Assembly (NCBI GenBank): GCA_047495785.1
Contig: JBLDXI010000019.1
Span: 310,001-374,000 of the forward strand
DNA length: 64,000 nt
Source of the DNA: Lepidodermella squamata
Lineage: Eukaryota; Animalia; Gastrotricha
Reading direction: 5' to 3'
A program made the position numbers and the translations under genes. Below the pieces are notes generated by a model. The model was not told the DNA's origin. It was given only the letters and a program-made list of their open reading frames with translations, and did no database searches. This document shows, piece after piece, positions 1 through 12,274 of the stretch (positions within the stretch are counted from its first letter, which is position 1; every line of letters begins with the position of its first letter).

Positions 1-189
1 CGTTTCAGCTGAAGTTTCAAGTCCCCATCAAGATCCTGATACCCTGGTTTGTTACAGGAACACGGCGATATGTCCCTTTCTGGCCCATTCTTCCTTCCTT
101 CCATCACACTCCATTATAACTTCAGAATTTTTAGCATTTCTTTCATTTCAGGTTTTTCCGGTAACTTTTTCAGTTTTACTTGCTTCGAT

Positions 190-1747
190 ATGGACGAAAA
201 TGGTCCCTACGCTGTCTGGGAATACACCGAAAGCGACAGCTTCGGCTGCAGCTGGATCGGCTTCACATACAACATGGATGGGAAAACTAAGCCGAAAATC
301 AGTACGCTCAAGACGAAACAAGTTTATAAAGTCATGTGGGAAGATCAACTTTACTCAGCCAGATTGGTGAAGATAGGTTTGTTTCCTTCAGCTGTGATGT
401 TACAAGCTAGCCTCATTCTTCCCTGCTAAACTTTCAACAGTCGATGATTTGGAAGTCGGATCACGCGAAGCTCAAAAGCTTGATGAAATTTATTATTCCG
501 GCGTCACTGATAACAAGAAAAAATGTAATGGACTATCTGAACCGCCTCCGAAGCTGCTTCCTGCGCCTAAGACTGCCCCTGGAAAGTCTAAGCAATTGAA
601 TATCAAGAAGAATGACGCAAACGGAGTTGTTGTTGGGTAATTTTCAAGCCTCTTTAATTAGCCTTTCAAATTTTCTGTTGCAGCTTTGGTACACCAAAGC
701 AGCCAACGCTGGCGTAAGTCGACTCACACCATAGCTTTTTCGGACTTGAATGATTTTTTTTCCATAGAGCCCGATCCTTGAGCGGATCAGGTAGCCAACG
801 CAAGCCGTTGTCCTCTGTCGCCTCTAATAGGTTTTTTATCCGTTTTTCGCTAAATTATTTCCAAGGTTTTTCGTGTAAAGCAACGATCAGGAACTCGAAT
901 TCTTCGCGGAAACTCCAAAAGCCGAGCCCACCAAAGCCGTGAAAGCCGAGCTCGCCAAAGCCGTGAAAGCCGAGCCCGCTGTCACCGAAACGCCCAGTGG
1001 AGCCCGAAAAAAGCCGGATGCTGCGGTTAAGTAAGTTTTGTTTCCTGTCTAATGGAGTCTCAAATGGCCTATTTTTTATTCAGTTGGAAAAAGCTCAACG
1101 ATATTATGGACAACGAGTCTTATGAATGGCCTGACAGCCTCAAGGAAGCGTTTGGACAGTTGCGCATCATTCTAGATTCGAAATTTACATTCAACAAGGA
1201 CAAGGTATTTATTTATTCTCCATTTATTTTCTTCACTGTTTCTGCTTTATTAGATCATTATACAGGGGTACGAACTCGATCGTAAAAGTTACAACCGACT
1301 TCACGCGAAGGCCGTGGATGATGAAGATGACGAAGCGATGTACGCACTCGGCTTGTTGCGGCTGATGTTTACGAAGAGCGAATATGTCGACAAAACGCTT
1401 ACTGGCCGGAAGCCTGGCGTCTCCAACTCGGGGCGAGCAACGGGCGATGAACACAAGCTCGACGAAGATCGGGTCAATGCCATCTACGGTGAGAATTTTT
1501 TGCAGATAATGTTCCGAGTAATAATTTTCCTCAATTTCCAGCTCAGGTTAGGTACATATTTCGAAAGAAATCTACCGACGATTTGCCTCGAGTGAAAAAG
1601 GCCATTGGCGACTTTCTCGGTGCTCAGCGCCGCAAGGAAACCCCGAAAACTCCGATCGAACTGGATGGAAGCGAGGAATCGCCGACGAAAAGTCCGCCAG
1701 CCAAGAAGCAGACACGAGCGCATGAATCGTCCAGCGATCAAGAATGA
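190..1747 (+). CDS. Multi-exon BEN-domain protein
   Basis: Short GT-AG introns join the ORF pieces. The C-terminal exons read YALGLLRLMFTKSEYVDKTLTGRKPG...KLDEDRVNAIY|AQVRYIFRKKSTDDLPRVKKAIGDFLGAQRRK, matching the BEN helical pattern. The middle is Lys/Pro/Ala-rich with KAEP/KAEL repeats. Middle exon boundaries are approximate. Confidence 0.65.
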
Positions 1748-2274
1748 ACTTCATCAATTGTGTTCAACTTTAACAATTGTGATAACTTGAGAACTTGTGT
1801 GTTGAGAATATTGTGGAAATTATAGAAATATTGTAAACTTTCCTAGTCGATTATCTTTTTTTCACTTTCGCACACTTGCACGCTTAGAGTGCACCATTTT
1901 TCAAATTTTCGACGGGAAATGTAACAATTAAATTGTTCTATATGAAATTAGAGACGGCTTAAACTATAGACGGCTCCACACTATTAGATGACTCTCCATG
2001 TAAATTCTCATTTTTCACTAGCACGCAAAGAAATTGCTCAAATATTATTTCAATTCTTCTTGAATTTCAATTTTTCTTGAATTGACGTGGAATTTTGTTT
2101 CGATACTTACCTTATTTTACCCTAGTCGTGTAATTGTGCCTTATTCGTATGTGCTTTTGCGAGTCGAATTAATATCTGACTTATCTCGTGCCATTCAATA
2201 TCAATTAATCAATAAATTACAATCGCAAGCATTTAATCTCTTTTATTACACGAACTGGCGTCATCCTTTGTTAC

Positions 2275-2445
2275 TAGGGCTAATTTTTGCCAAAAATTAG
2301 GCCTACAGGTATTCGGAGGCCTAACATAGGCCTTCATGGGCTAGGGTAGACTTAGCCCTAGATTCCCAAAATGAAGGCCTAACCTGGGCATGAATTCGGG
2401 AAATGCATTTTAGCCCCACTTTAGGCCTTGCAACTTTCATCTGGG
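2275..2445. mobile_element. Probable right terminus of a DNA transposon (CCCAG-type end with subterminal repeats)
   Basis: Cluster of GGCCTAA/TTAGGCC motifs ending abruptly at ...CATCTGGG (2445). The other end is not in the window. Confidence 0.35.
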
Positions 2446-3247
2446 AAGATAAACCTAAGAAACCTAAGAATTCACCGCATTACTTCGCAAATTTTGTTTG
2501 TTTATGTATGGATTAATTCAATCAACTCAAAATGGGCCACTTGTTGGCTTCTTCATCTTCCGATAACTTTGGGTGGGTTCCCAGCTTTGAATTCGAAGGC
2601 ATTTGAGCATGAGCTTAGGTTCAAGAAGGCTCAAGAAATCTAAAAGTTTCCAAAGCAAAGATCGAATGAGAAGCAAAGACATGCCTATTCAGCAAGTTCA
2701 AATCTCTTCAACCAGGCAAATTACCAGTCCTGCTCAGTTTCAACTGTATAATATTATTTTGAGCAACATATTTTCGATTAGTTGCAATTGGACCCATTAG
2801 AAGCCTAAAAACGCATATTTAATTAGATACGAATTACATTCGCTCCGTTTTATATTAAGAAATGACTCAGAAGCCCAGAAGCTTCGAAAAAAACGTGTTG
2901 GCTCATAATAAATTGATTTTTAGAATTTAAAGGTTTTGGAACGTATTCAATTTTCAGAATTTTTTATTTTTTAAGGCAACTCTCATTCTCGCGTTTTATT
3001 GGCTATCCGTAAGAATTGGGAAACAGAATTTAGCCAGTAAGCTCGAGCAATAAATAATAATGTCAGTAATTTTCATTAAATGAATTACAGACTAGCACGT
3101 GCCCTCTCAAATCAGGCTAGATGCCCAATTTCACACAAATCATAAATCATAAATAGACATTCAAGCACATAGCTTATTAGAGAAATTTTTGTGCGACGAG
3201 AAAAATATTTATGCTGGCACTGGTTGTCGTCTTTTGGAATCGCAAAC

Positions 3248-3691
3248 ATGTCTGCCTATTCAAATATTCAAATTAGGATAGGTACATCGTTTGTTATTTG
3301 TTATCATCATTACAATGGGGTGAAAAATGTAATTATAGTTGACCGCGCCCCTAGACCAATTTCAAGGAGGAAGGCACAATCACTGGCAATATTCGGCTGT
3401 TTACTGTCAGTTTGCCATACAGTTTGCTTCAATCTGTTCATTCCGCGGTGGGCATTTCGTCTCAAGAGTTGGCTGCGTGAAGTTATACTGGAAACAGCAC
3501 TTCTCGGCTGTTGGATGGCATGTTTCGCGGCGTTTCTCTTGTCAATTCTGCCGGTTCTCAAGTGGGCGAAACCAGCCCTGACTATGTCGAATTCGCAAGC
3601 GTGGTTTTACCAAACTTCGTTCTCAGTTTCTTTATTAGGGCTATCTATTCACGTCTTCCTCTTGATTTTCGTCGGATTCCAACTGATGTGA
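3248..3691 (+). CDS. Small multi-pass membrane protein, divergent member of the CD225/dispanin-like array
   Basis: Hydrophobic C-terminal half (ACFAAFLLSILPVLKWA...YQTSFSVSLLGLSIHVFLLIFVG). Close paralog of 3958-4389. Probable short in-frame intron after MSAYSNIQIRI. Confidence 0.55.
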   Translation: MSAYSNIQIRIGTSFVICYHHYNGVKNVIIVDRAPRPISRRKAQSLAIFGCLLSVCHTVCFNLFIPRWAFRLKSWLREVILETALLGCWMACFAAFLLSILPVLKWAKPALTMSNSQAWFYQTSFSVSLLGLSIHVFLLIFVGFQLM

Positions 3692-3957
3692 AACGCTAAT
3701 TATTAAATTTATTCATCTATTTCAAACTACTATCTTCACTCTTCATTAGCTATCAGTAAAAACTGGGATGCTGTACTTCACTTGGATTGTCGGGCTATAA
3801 ATATCGTCCGCAATTTTTTTATCGAATGAATCATAGCCTGGCACGTGCCCCTCAAATCAGGCTAGATGCCAAATTTTACACAAAGCATGAAGAAATTTCT
3901 GTACAGACGAAAAAACTATACAAATTGCAGTGATTGTCGTCTTTCGATTTCACAAAC

Positions 3958-4389
3958 ATGTCTGCCAATTTAGTTCATCAAATGCGGATAGGTATTTCGT
4001 TTCTTGCTTTTTATCATCGCAAAATTCCGAATAATATCCATGTTGTAGTTGGACGCGCCCCCAGAACAATTTCGGGAATGCAGGCGCGATCAGTGACAAT
4101 CATCGGCTGTTTGCTGTCAGCTTGCTTCCATCAGCTGATTCCGCGGTCGGCATTTCGCAGCAAAGGTTGGCTCCGTGAAGTTATCCTTGAATGGGCTCTC
4201 ATCGGTTGTTGGATGGCATGTTTCGCGGCGTTTCTCTTGTCAATTCTGCCAGCTCTCCAATGGGCAAAACCAGCCTTGACAGCGCTGAATTCGCACGTCT
4301 GGTTTCACGAAACATCATTCGCAGTGGCTTTATTAGGACTATCTATTTGCATTTTCCTAATGATTTTCATTGGGTTTGGAATTATATGA
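3958..4389 (+). CDS. Tandem paralog of 3248-3691
   Basis: High nucleotide and protein similarity to the preceding gene, including the shared upstream block GCACGTGCCC..TCAAATCAGGCTAGATGCC. Confidence 0.55.
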   Translation: MSANLVHQMRIGISFLAFYHRKIPNNIHVVVGRAPRTISGMQARSVTIIGCLLSACFHQLIPRSAFRSKGWLREVILEWALIGCWMACFAAFLLSILPALQWAKPALTALNSHVWFHETSFAVALLGLSICIFLMIFIGFGII

Positions 4390-4427
4390 AAATGTTATCA
4401 ATAAATCTATTCAAATAATAAACATAT

Positions 4428-5181
4428 CGTCGTGCGCGCGGAAAAAGAGAACTATGTCCACGAACCTAAAATCGAAAGAAACGTATTTTTCCAACTTCAA
4501 AAATCTCGCAACATCGAAATTACAGGTGTAAAATTATCAGGAGAGATTATCGACCCCGCTCTTTTGAATGGCGCAATCCGTTTCCTTGTAGAATAAGCCC
4601 GGCTTATATTCGAGTACTATTTCAAAGTTTAAGCGATTTCAGCAAAAAAATGTTGAGAAGCCCTGGCTTCTGATATTGCCCCGGGCTAAGTACGTTTCTT
4701 TTTTTGGCATTAAAAAGTCGGAAAATAAAAATGATTCAATTCAAACATCTCTATTCGTCATTTAAAAGCATCAGCAGGATATTATAATCATATTGGAAAT
4801 CATCGAAGGATATCAGGCGGCATGCTTTTTTAACTTTTCGCGTGAAGCATGGTTTGCGGGCGCTTCAGGTTCGATTCTTCACGGCTCCCCAATTTTTAAT
4901 GCTTGGATTTTCTATTTTTATTTTTTATTTTATCATTAGCTAGCCTGATGTACCCAAAAAGTGGTCACCAATAAGTTTTACAATGCATTATTTGAGTGCG
5001 CAAGCATTCAATTTTGGCCCGTCGAAGAAATAACCCGTAAAACGACAACCCCAGTGGACACAGCTCTTTTGATCACTGAGAAATTTTGAAATACGGTTTT
5101 CGCGATGAGTATAGATTACGAATCCGCCAAAAAGTCATTTTCAGCCGGGGAAGTACATAGCTTTTTTCCGCGCACAGGACG
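4428..5181. mobile_element. Non-autonomous TIR element with CGTC...GACG termini (possibly Sola1-related)
   Basis: Left CGTCGTGCGCGCGGAAAAAGAGAACTATGT versus reverse complement of the right end CGTCCTGTGCGCGGAAAAAAGCTATGT. Flanks are ATAT and AATA (imperfect). Confidence 0.5.
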
Positions 5182-5448
5182 AATATTTTTTCTTTTAAAT
5201 CCTATTTTCACTTGTCATCAGCTGTAAGTTCAAACCTTTCTGTTACTGGAGGCATTCAAAATCTGCCAAAGAAACACCGCCGCATATTAATATGCTGAAT
5301 ACGTGTCAACACTTACGTTGGAAGAAAGAAAAAAATACGCCTTCATATATAAAGCCTGAATGTAGGCGTTTGGTAATACCTGAAAGTTACTCACGAATTG
5401 AAAAGCATCGCCGCCATGTTTATGATGAGGCCTAAGCTTTGAGCTTAC

Positions 5449-6083
5449 ATGTCTACACATACTACGACAGCGGATGATATTGAGGCGGAGACCAACTTGA
5501 GCCAACTCGAAAGTGCTCAGCAGCCAATTTGCATTCAAGACGACTGGTACAGATTAAAATTATTTCAATGCAGATATTATTAACCTGTAAAATTAGGTCA
5601 AGACCTCCACCTTTTGAAGAAGTCATACGCTTTGGAGTCCAGGCTGATATCGTTAATTACCAACCACTCCCATCTGTCAGTTATCACGTCCCTTTCACCC
5701 CGTTGAACCTTCCTCCTCCGGCTTATGAAGATGCGCTGGAACGAGAGCTATCGAACGGAAATTTCGTCCGAGATGTAGCAATTGATACAAATTCGTTACG
5801 ACCTAATACGGCTGACTCGCTGAAATTAATGCGTTATACAGCTCTTGGTCTTGCGTTGACCGGCGTGTTTTGCTGGTTGATTTTTGCGATTCCTGCCGTT
5901 TTATGGGCTCTCGAAGAGATTCCAGCGCTGAGCGATACGGCAGCGGTTGCGAGAATCAAAAAGAAATATCAGCGCTCAATCATATTTTCTAGTGTTTCAA
6001 TCCTGCTTGGTCTTTCTTGGATAATTTTTGTTTCGCTCATACTTAGCTGCAATATACGCTCAATTCCGGGCCCATTTTGTTAA
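5449..6083 (+). CDS. CD225/dispanin-like membrane protein, copy A (3' end replaced by MITE sequence)
   Basis: Exon 1 MSTHTTTADD...IQDD, intron, then WSRPPPFEEV...PPAYEDAL...RYTALGLALTGVFCWLIFAIPAVLWA...YQRSIIFSSVSILLG. Confidence 0.7.
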
Positions 6084-6567
6084 AAATCAGACTTGGCTTT
6101 TGCGCATAAGTTGAATTATTTTTAACAAATTTAAAACCGCGCGCAAAGATGCTAAAGGGTTACTTTCAAATATCGCGTCGGTTTTTTTACCAAAAAATAA
6201 TTCAGACAATTCTCTATCGATTGAATATGGGGTTCTCGCTCGAAAAAATTAAAATAAAAAAGTTTTACGTGCACCTAAAATTTTGCGCGCGAGTTGAGAG
6301 CGCGCGCACTCGCTTCTCAAAAGTTAGGATGTGCGGTAACCGTTTTTTCGTTCATTTTTCACGCCAGAAATCCATATCTATTCTATAGAGAATTTTCTGA
6401 ACTTTCTTTTGGTATAAAAACCGCCTAAATAATAAAAACTTGCCTTTTGACTTTACCGCACGCGGCCTTGAAATTTCTAAAAATTTCGACTTATGCGCGT
6501 TTTGCGCTAAGTCCACTTTTACCCACCGACTGGACAGAACTAATATGGGCCCGGAATCGAGCTTATA
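6053..6567. mobile_element. MITE at the duplication breakpoint
   Basis: TIRs TATACGCTCAATTCCGGGCCCAT ... ATGGGCCCGGAATCGAGCTTATA, plus subterminal inverted GCGCATAAGT/ACTTATGCGC. Confidence 0.75.
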
Positions 6568-6844
6568 AAAGTCGGAAAATGAAAATGATTCAATTCAAAC
6601 ATCTCTATTCGTCACTTAAAAGCATCAGCAGGATAAAATCATCGAAGGATATCAGGCGGCATGTTTTTTTAACTTTTCGCGTGAAGCATGGTTTGCGGGC
6701 GCTTCAGGTTCGATTCTCCTCGGCTCCCAATTTTGAATGTTTGGATTTTCTATTTTTATTTTATCATTAGCTAGCCTGATGTACCCAAAAAGTGGTCACC
6801 AGTAAGTTTTAAATAATAATAAAATAATAACAATACGTTGTAAT

Positions 6845-8292
6845 ACGTTTTACAATGCCGCGAATCTGCATGCATTCAAGTCAGAATGGCAATCAATCTG
6901 TTTTCTGAAATCGGTTTGGACGTTAATGTTCGCAAATGCAAAGCCATCGTCGTTGAAAATGGCGAATTGTCGACGGATCCATTGATAATAGATGAAGATC
7001 AAACAATTCCTGTTCTGCACCGTAACGAGACTATCAAATATCTTGGAGTCACCTTTGCTGACGAGTTGACGTTTGATCAGTCTGAAGTTACCATTCAAGT
7101 CTCATGGGCGATTTGCAACGACTTGTTGATTGCTCAGTTCTACATCCCGACCAGAAGCTAAACATTATCAACCAATTCATATGGCCTAAGCTCATTTATC
7201 CGCTTCAAAACGCTCCCTTACGAAAGCTGACAGCATCTTTCATTCATCGCGTCGATATAGAGTTTCGTAGGGCAGTAAAGCAGATAGCGGAAATACCAGC
7301 AGCAACGCCAGACGGATTCTTCTACGCAAGCAAACGGAAGCTTGGTCTCGGACTCGTAAAAGCCGAATGGGAGGCTTTTCTTCAGCATTACAATATCTGC
7401 ATGAAATTGCTCTCCGTCAACGAACCTCTGATCCCTTTATGCCGCGATCTCGAGTCGGAGATGCAGGACTGCCTGGATAAGCTGGACGTTCAGGCCGATC
7501 CGGATTCCGAGAAGCCTTTGACAGCAAAAGAAGCGCGATCTATTCTTCGGGATCGTGCTTTCGAGAGTTGGTGCGAATTGCCTGAAAAAGGGCAAGGTGT
7601 AAGTCAGTTCGCTGACTTTCCGGCTGGAAACGACTGGATCTCAAACAAAACTGGATTATCGACTTCTGAATGGACAACGGCCATCAAATTCTCGACGAAC
7701 TGTGCCGACGTTGCAGCAGCTCATGGTGGAAACAAGCCCCTTAACACTACCCGGTGTCGCTACGGTGATGCCGAGAAAGAAACCCTCGCTCATGTGTTAG
7801 GCGCTTGTAAGCACAATAGCTTCCTCATCAACAAACGGCATAACACTGTCCGCAGAATGATTGCTAATGCATTCAGAAGTCAAGGACACCGGGTGTATTA
7901 AGACTGCGTAGCCGGTCCTGGACGAAATCATCGTTTTGACATTCTCGTCATTAAAGGAAAAAAAGGCCTGGTTATCGATCCGACAATCCGTTTTGAAGGA
8001 CGTAGCGATCAATTCGAGATTGTTGACGCTGAGAAGAAATCGATATACGAACCATGTGCGAATGATATATGCGAGCAATGGAAGCTTGATGAGGTTACCG
8101 TACAAGGTCTTTACCTAGGAAGCCGAGGAACCATTACGAAACAAACTACAAAACTATTTAAAGAATGGCAATTACCCAAGCAGCTGCTGACCGATATAAC
8201 AAAATCGATCTTAAAGGACTCTATCCATATATATTTCAATCATAAAAAACAAAAATAATATTTTATAAGCACTGTGTCATAAGGCAACCTGA
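6845..8292 (+). mobile_element. 5'-truncated, frameshifted non-LTR retrotransposon with restriction-like endonuclease (R2/NeSL-type group)
   Basis: Late RT/thumb motifs (KYLGVTF; QKLNIINQFIWPKLIYPL), a degenerate Zn knuckle (CRYGDAEKETLAHVLGAC..RHNTV) and an RLE motif in another frame (RFDILVI..GLVIDPTIRFE..EKKSIYEP). Frameshifts near 7100 and 7900. Confidence 0.85.
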
Positions 8293-8600
8293 TCGTCATT
8301 TTCGGCCGGGGAAGTACATAGCTTCTTTCCGTGCACAGGACGAATATTTTTTCTTTTGAATCCTATTTTCACTTGTCATCAGCTGTAAGTTCAAACCTTT
8401 CTGTTACTGGAGGTATTCAAAATCTGCCAAAGAAACACCGCCGCTGCTGAATACGTGTCAACACTTACATTGGAAGAAAGAAAAAAATACGCCTCCATAT
8501 TTAAAGCCTGAATGTAGGCGTTTGGTAATACCTGAAAGTTGCACACGAATTGAAAAGCATCGCCGCCATGTTTATGATGAGGCCTAAGCTTTGAGCTTAC

Positions 8601-9286
8601 ATGTCTACACATACTACGACAGCGGATGATATTGAGGCGGAGACCAACTTGAGCCAACTCGAAAGTGCTCAGCAGCCAATTTGCATTCAAGACGACTGGT
8701 ACATATTAAAATTATTTCAATTCAGATATTAGTAACATGTAAAATTAGGTCAAGACCTCCACCTTTTGAAGATGTTATACGCTTTGGAGTCCAGGCTGAT
8801 ATCGTTAATTACCAACCACTCCCTTCTGTCAGTTATCACGTCCCTTTCACCCCGTTGAACCTTCCTCCTCCGGCTTATGAAGATGCGCTGGAACGAGAGC
8901 TATCGAACGGAAATTTCGTCCGAGATGTTGCAATTGATACAAATTCGTTACGACCTAATACGGCTGACTCGCTGAAATTAATGCGTTATACAGCTCTTGG
9001 TCTTGCGTTGCCCGGCGTGTTTTGCTGTATGATTTTTGCGATTCCAGCCGTTTTTTGGGCTCTCGAAGAGATTCCAGCGCTGAGCGATACGGCAGCGGTT
9101 GCGAGAATCAAAAAGAAATATCAGCGCTCAATCATGTTTTCTAGTGTTTCAATCCTGCTTGGTGTTTCTTGGATAATTATTGTTTCACTCATACTTAGCG
9201 GCAATATAACTGCGCCAGCCCGCAATGCCGGGAACTTTACAACACCTTCCAGGCCATCAAGGTCACTTATTGACTTGACCTTTTGA
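8601..9286 (+). CDS. CD225/dispanin-like membrane protein, copy B (intact 3' end)
   Basis: Near-identical to 5449-6083. Contains PPAYEDAL, GVFCCMIFAIPAVFWA and a second hydrophobic helix. Confidence 0.75.
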
Positions 9287-9457
9287 TAAAATAATTGTTT
9301 GTTAAAAAATTCCAGTTAAAAATTGGAAAATCGTGAGAAAATAAAAGAATTATCTTCGCTGCCGATCGTTTATTTTACAGGTTTTACTTTGCCTGGAATC
9401 GCGAAGATCGAAACAATGCCTATGTCAATCTCATTGCCAGCTTTGCATAAGTCAAGC

Positions 9458-9812
9458 TACCGGGAAACCCAATTTAAAACATTCAAAAAGCTTCTCTAGG
9501 TCGAAAACCTATGGTGTTTACATGGGAAAATCTTCCATCCGCTACTTGAGCCTGAGATTCCCGAAATTCCAGGGGGAAAATATAAGAAAACATCCCCAAG
9601 ACCTTTTTTACATCGATGTGGGGCCTGACGAGCAATTATTTTTTTAGAGAAGCTTTTTGAATGTTTTAATTTGGGTTTCCCGTTAGCTTGAATTATGCAA
9701 ACAGGTAAAAAGAGTATTGGGGATGTTTTCTTATATTCTACCCGGAATTTCGGGAATCTCAGGCTCAAGTAGCGGATGGAAGATTTTCCCATGTAAACAC
9801 CACAGGTTTTCG
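9458..9812. repeat. Interleaved inverted repeats / fold-back MITE
   Basis: 9502-9599 is the reverse complement of about 9718-9812, and 9458-9499 is the reverse complement of about 9644-9686. Confidence 0.8.
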
Positions 9813-10287
9813 GGTAATGAAGTCTTCAAAATGGCACCAAATGTTTCATTTCAAGGTGGGCTTCAGAAGTGGGTGACCCGAATATTCAGGGAGAATAAAA
9901 AAACACAGCGTTAGGAGAGCTTTCCTTAGGTCAGACTACTCCCGATACTTGGAACCTTTTTCCATGGAGGAGATTTCGGTCAAATTCTGAGGCGAATTTT
10001 CTCTCAATCTCTTCAATATGAAAGAAGTAGGTAAAAAATTAATAGAGTACGTAAAAAGAATTTTAATTGCCGTTCACCTGATTTTTCATGTTGCTACATC
10101 TATTATGCTCACCACAAAAAAAGATGTCATATCGCCGCACTGATGACGCACTTCTCTATTGTCGCGGCCTACAGGTCATTCTGTAAAAAAAGATATCATC
10201 AGTGCATGAAGAGTCAAGACTTCACTTCATCAAACACTCGAACTTGAGCTCAATTCGAACTTTGAACTATAAATCCACCATAATAAA

Positions 10288-10917
10288 ATGAGCATCGCGA
10301 GGGAACCGAATAATGCAATTGAGGTTCGAGGCGATTCCGTTCAAGTAAGCTCGGTGATTGTCGATAATTACGCTACAATAAGGTATGACCTAGTTATTTA
10401 GTTATGCCGACAAAAACTTCATTCTTTTCCTATATAAAGCTTTGATGGGTTGCCGAGTTATAGGTCGGTAATTCAGCTTGCGATAAGACACCTATCGATT
10501 CAAAGTGAACGAATATCTGTCTATAATCGCGAAGATTACGATGCTGTTCCGGCAACCATTCGAATTTGCTCGTTTACTGACAAGAATAGCCCACCGCCGA
10601 CTTATCACCAGCTTTTCGGTCTGGAAGGACGTAGCCCCCATTATTATCGATTTAAAACTCGAAAATTGATGAATCTCCGGAAGACTGCGCTTCGGCTGGC
10701 AATGTTGGCTACGTTACTTTTTCCAATACTCGGCATTCCAGCCTTTTTTCTAGCAATTAACAGCCTTCCAAGCCAATATTTGACCCAAAAAGCAATAGAA
10801 AAATTGCAACGTAGGTACAACACGTCTTTGATATTTTCGGGCTTATCAGCCTGTTTTGGGACCATGTGGATTGTTACTGTGATTGTTTTGGCACAAAACA
10901 ACTCATTTCAAAGTTAG
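10288..10917 (+). CDS. CD225/dispanin-like membrane protein
   Basis: Exon 1 MSIAREP...YATI splices in frame to SFDGLPSYRSVI...PPTYHQLF...LRKTALRLAMLATLLFPILGIPAFFLA...YNTSLIFSGLSACFG. Confidence 0.7.
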
Positions 10918-12274
10918 AAAAATCTTTTTAGCTGCGAAAGTGCTACATTATAAAATAGCTGAGCAATAAAGCTGTTTCCTAATGATGTCCTAGTACTTGG
11001 TACTTGGAGGCATTTATTGACCTTTGAACTCACCATGTTTAGGACTGCCGCTCACTCAGCCCAGACTAAGTTAGTTTCAACCATAGGTTTCAACTCACGT
11101 CAATTTTTTCGTCTACCTAAAAGTAAAGATGAGTGAAAATTCTCAAGACTGAAAATTTCTGAATTCTCAACTGAATTCTCAAGACTGAAGAAAATTCTCA
11201 AGATTGCCGCATTGACCACGCAACCCAGAGATTAATAATATATGCGAGAGAGCGAGATCTAGCTAACGGTATTTTACCGGGAAATTGGCTGAAAATAGTC
11301 TAAAAAGGCTTATTATCGCGTCATGATCGAACGAACGGGTTATTCGCCCGCATTCCAGCAATAAACTGCCCCGAGTTTGCGGAGCAATGTTGTGTGACAA
11401 GATAATTAAAAAATGAGGAGATGACAATACAGTGTGTCCCATGAGTAACGCAAGCAAAGATTATACACGGAAAAGGGTTCAGAAACTGCAAAATGAGAGA
11501 CGAAGTCACATCTCATGGGCAGAAAATTGTTAGAAAAATTAAAAAAAAATCACGAGAAAAAATCCAGAGAAATTAGGTCCAACCAGGTAAAATACCGAAA
11601 ATTACCAAACAAAATACCATCGGGATTTTCCGGGTTTTCTCCGGTAAGATTTTTATTTCTTCGGTTTAATCGCGGAAAAAGGACGGCATATGCTCTTGGT
11701 ATGTTCAATTTTATAAAATTAGTTGAATTTCCTACAAAAATTTGCCAAATCAAAAAGTGGTTGCGTATCTTTTGGTCACGCGGCAAATGACCTTCGATCA
11801 ATTGAACACTGTTACTGATTGAGCTGGTAATTCTGTTCACAAAAATTAAGAGCGTGAAAATAACCTTAACATCGAGACATTCCCGTATATTCGGGATCGA
11901 AACGGTAACCGAAACGGTAACCTGTCAGCTTACCTTTTATATTCTTAAAAATATTGTTATTAGGCTCTTGTGAAGGGCTTTCTACCTGGGTCTCTGAAGT
12001 ATTTCCAGAATTTTTCCTGAAATATTACGTTATACGCTCTACGGCTGTATATATCGTGCTGCAATTATTTGCTTTTTACCCGATTATTCTTGCTCTTCAA
12101 TAAAACCACGAAAAGCCGTAGCCTCAGTTGAATTTTCAAGCCGTCATATCTCCACATCAATGACGCACGTGGCAGCCAACGACCACGCTGAAAAAGAACA
12201 AGAAAATTTCAGGTGCATTAGAGCCAGGATAAGTTGCTCTACCATTTTCCAAAAGAGGTTGAGCTCAGAAGTTC

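Larger units (their letters stand above)
4711..9210 (+). repeat. Recent tandem segmental duplication (about 4711-6055 copied as about 6566-9210)
   Basis: 4711-4978 recurs at 6566-6810 and 5134-6055 recurs at 8296-9208 with near identity, duplicating one array gene. Confidence 0.9.

Noticed and set aside
5287-5538. Duplicated minus-strand ORFs (5287-5538, 8391-8690) and the mirrored ORF pairs 9496/9717 and 57112/57419
   Set aside because: They are explained by segmental duplication or inverted repeats, lie antisense to real exons or in non-coding DNA, and show no protein motifs.
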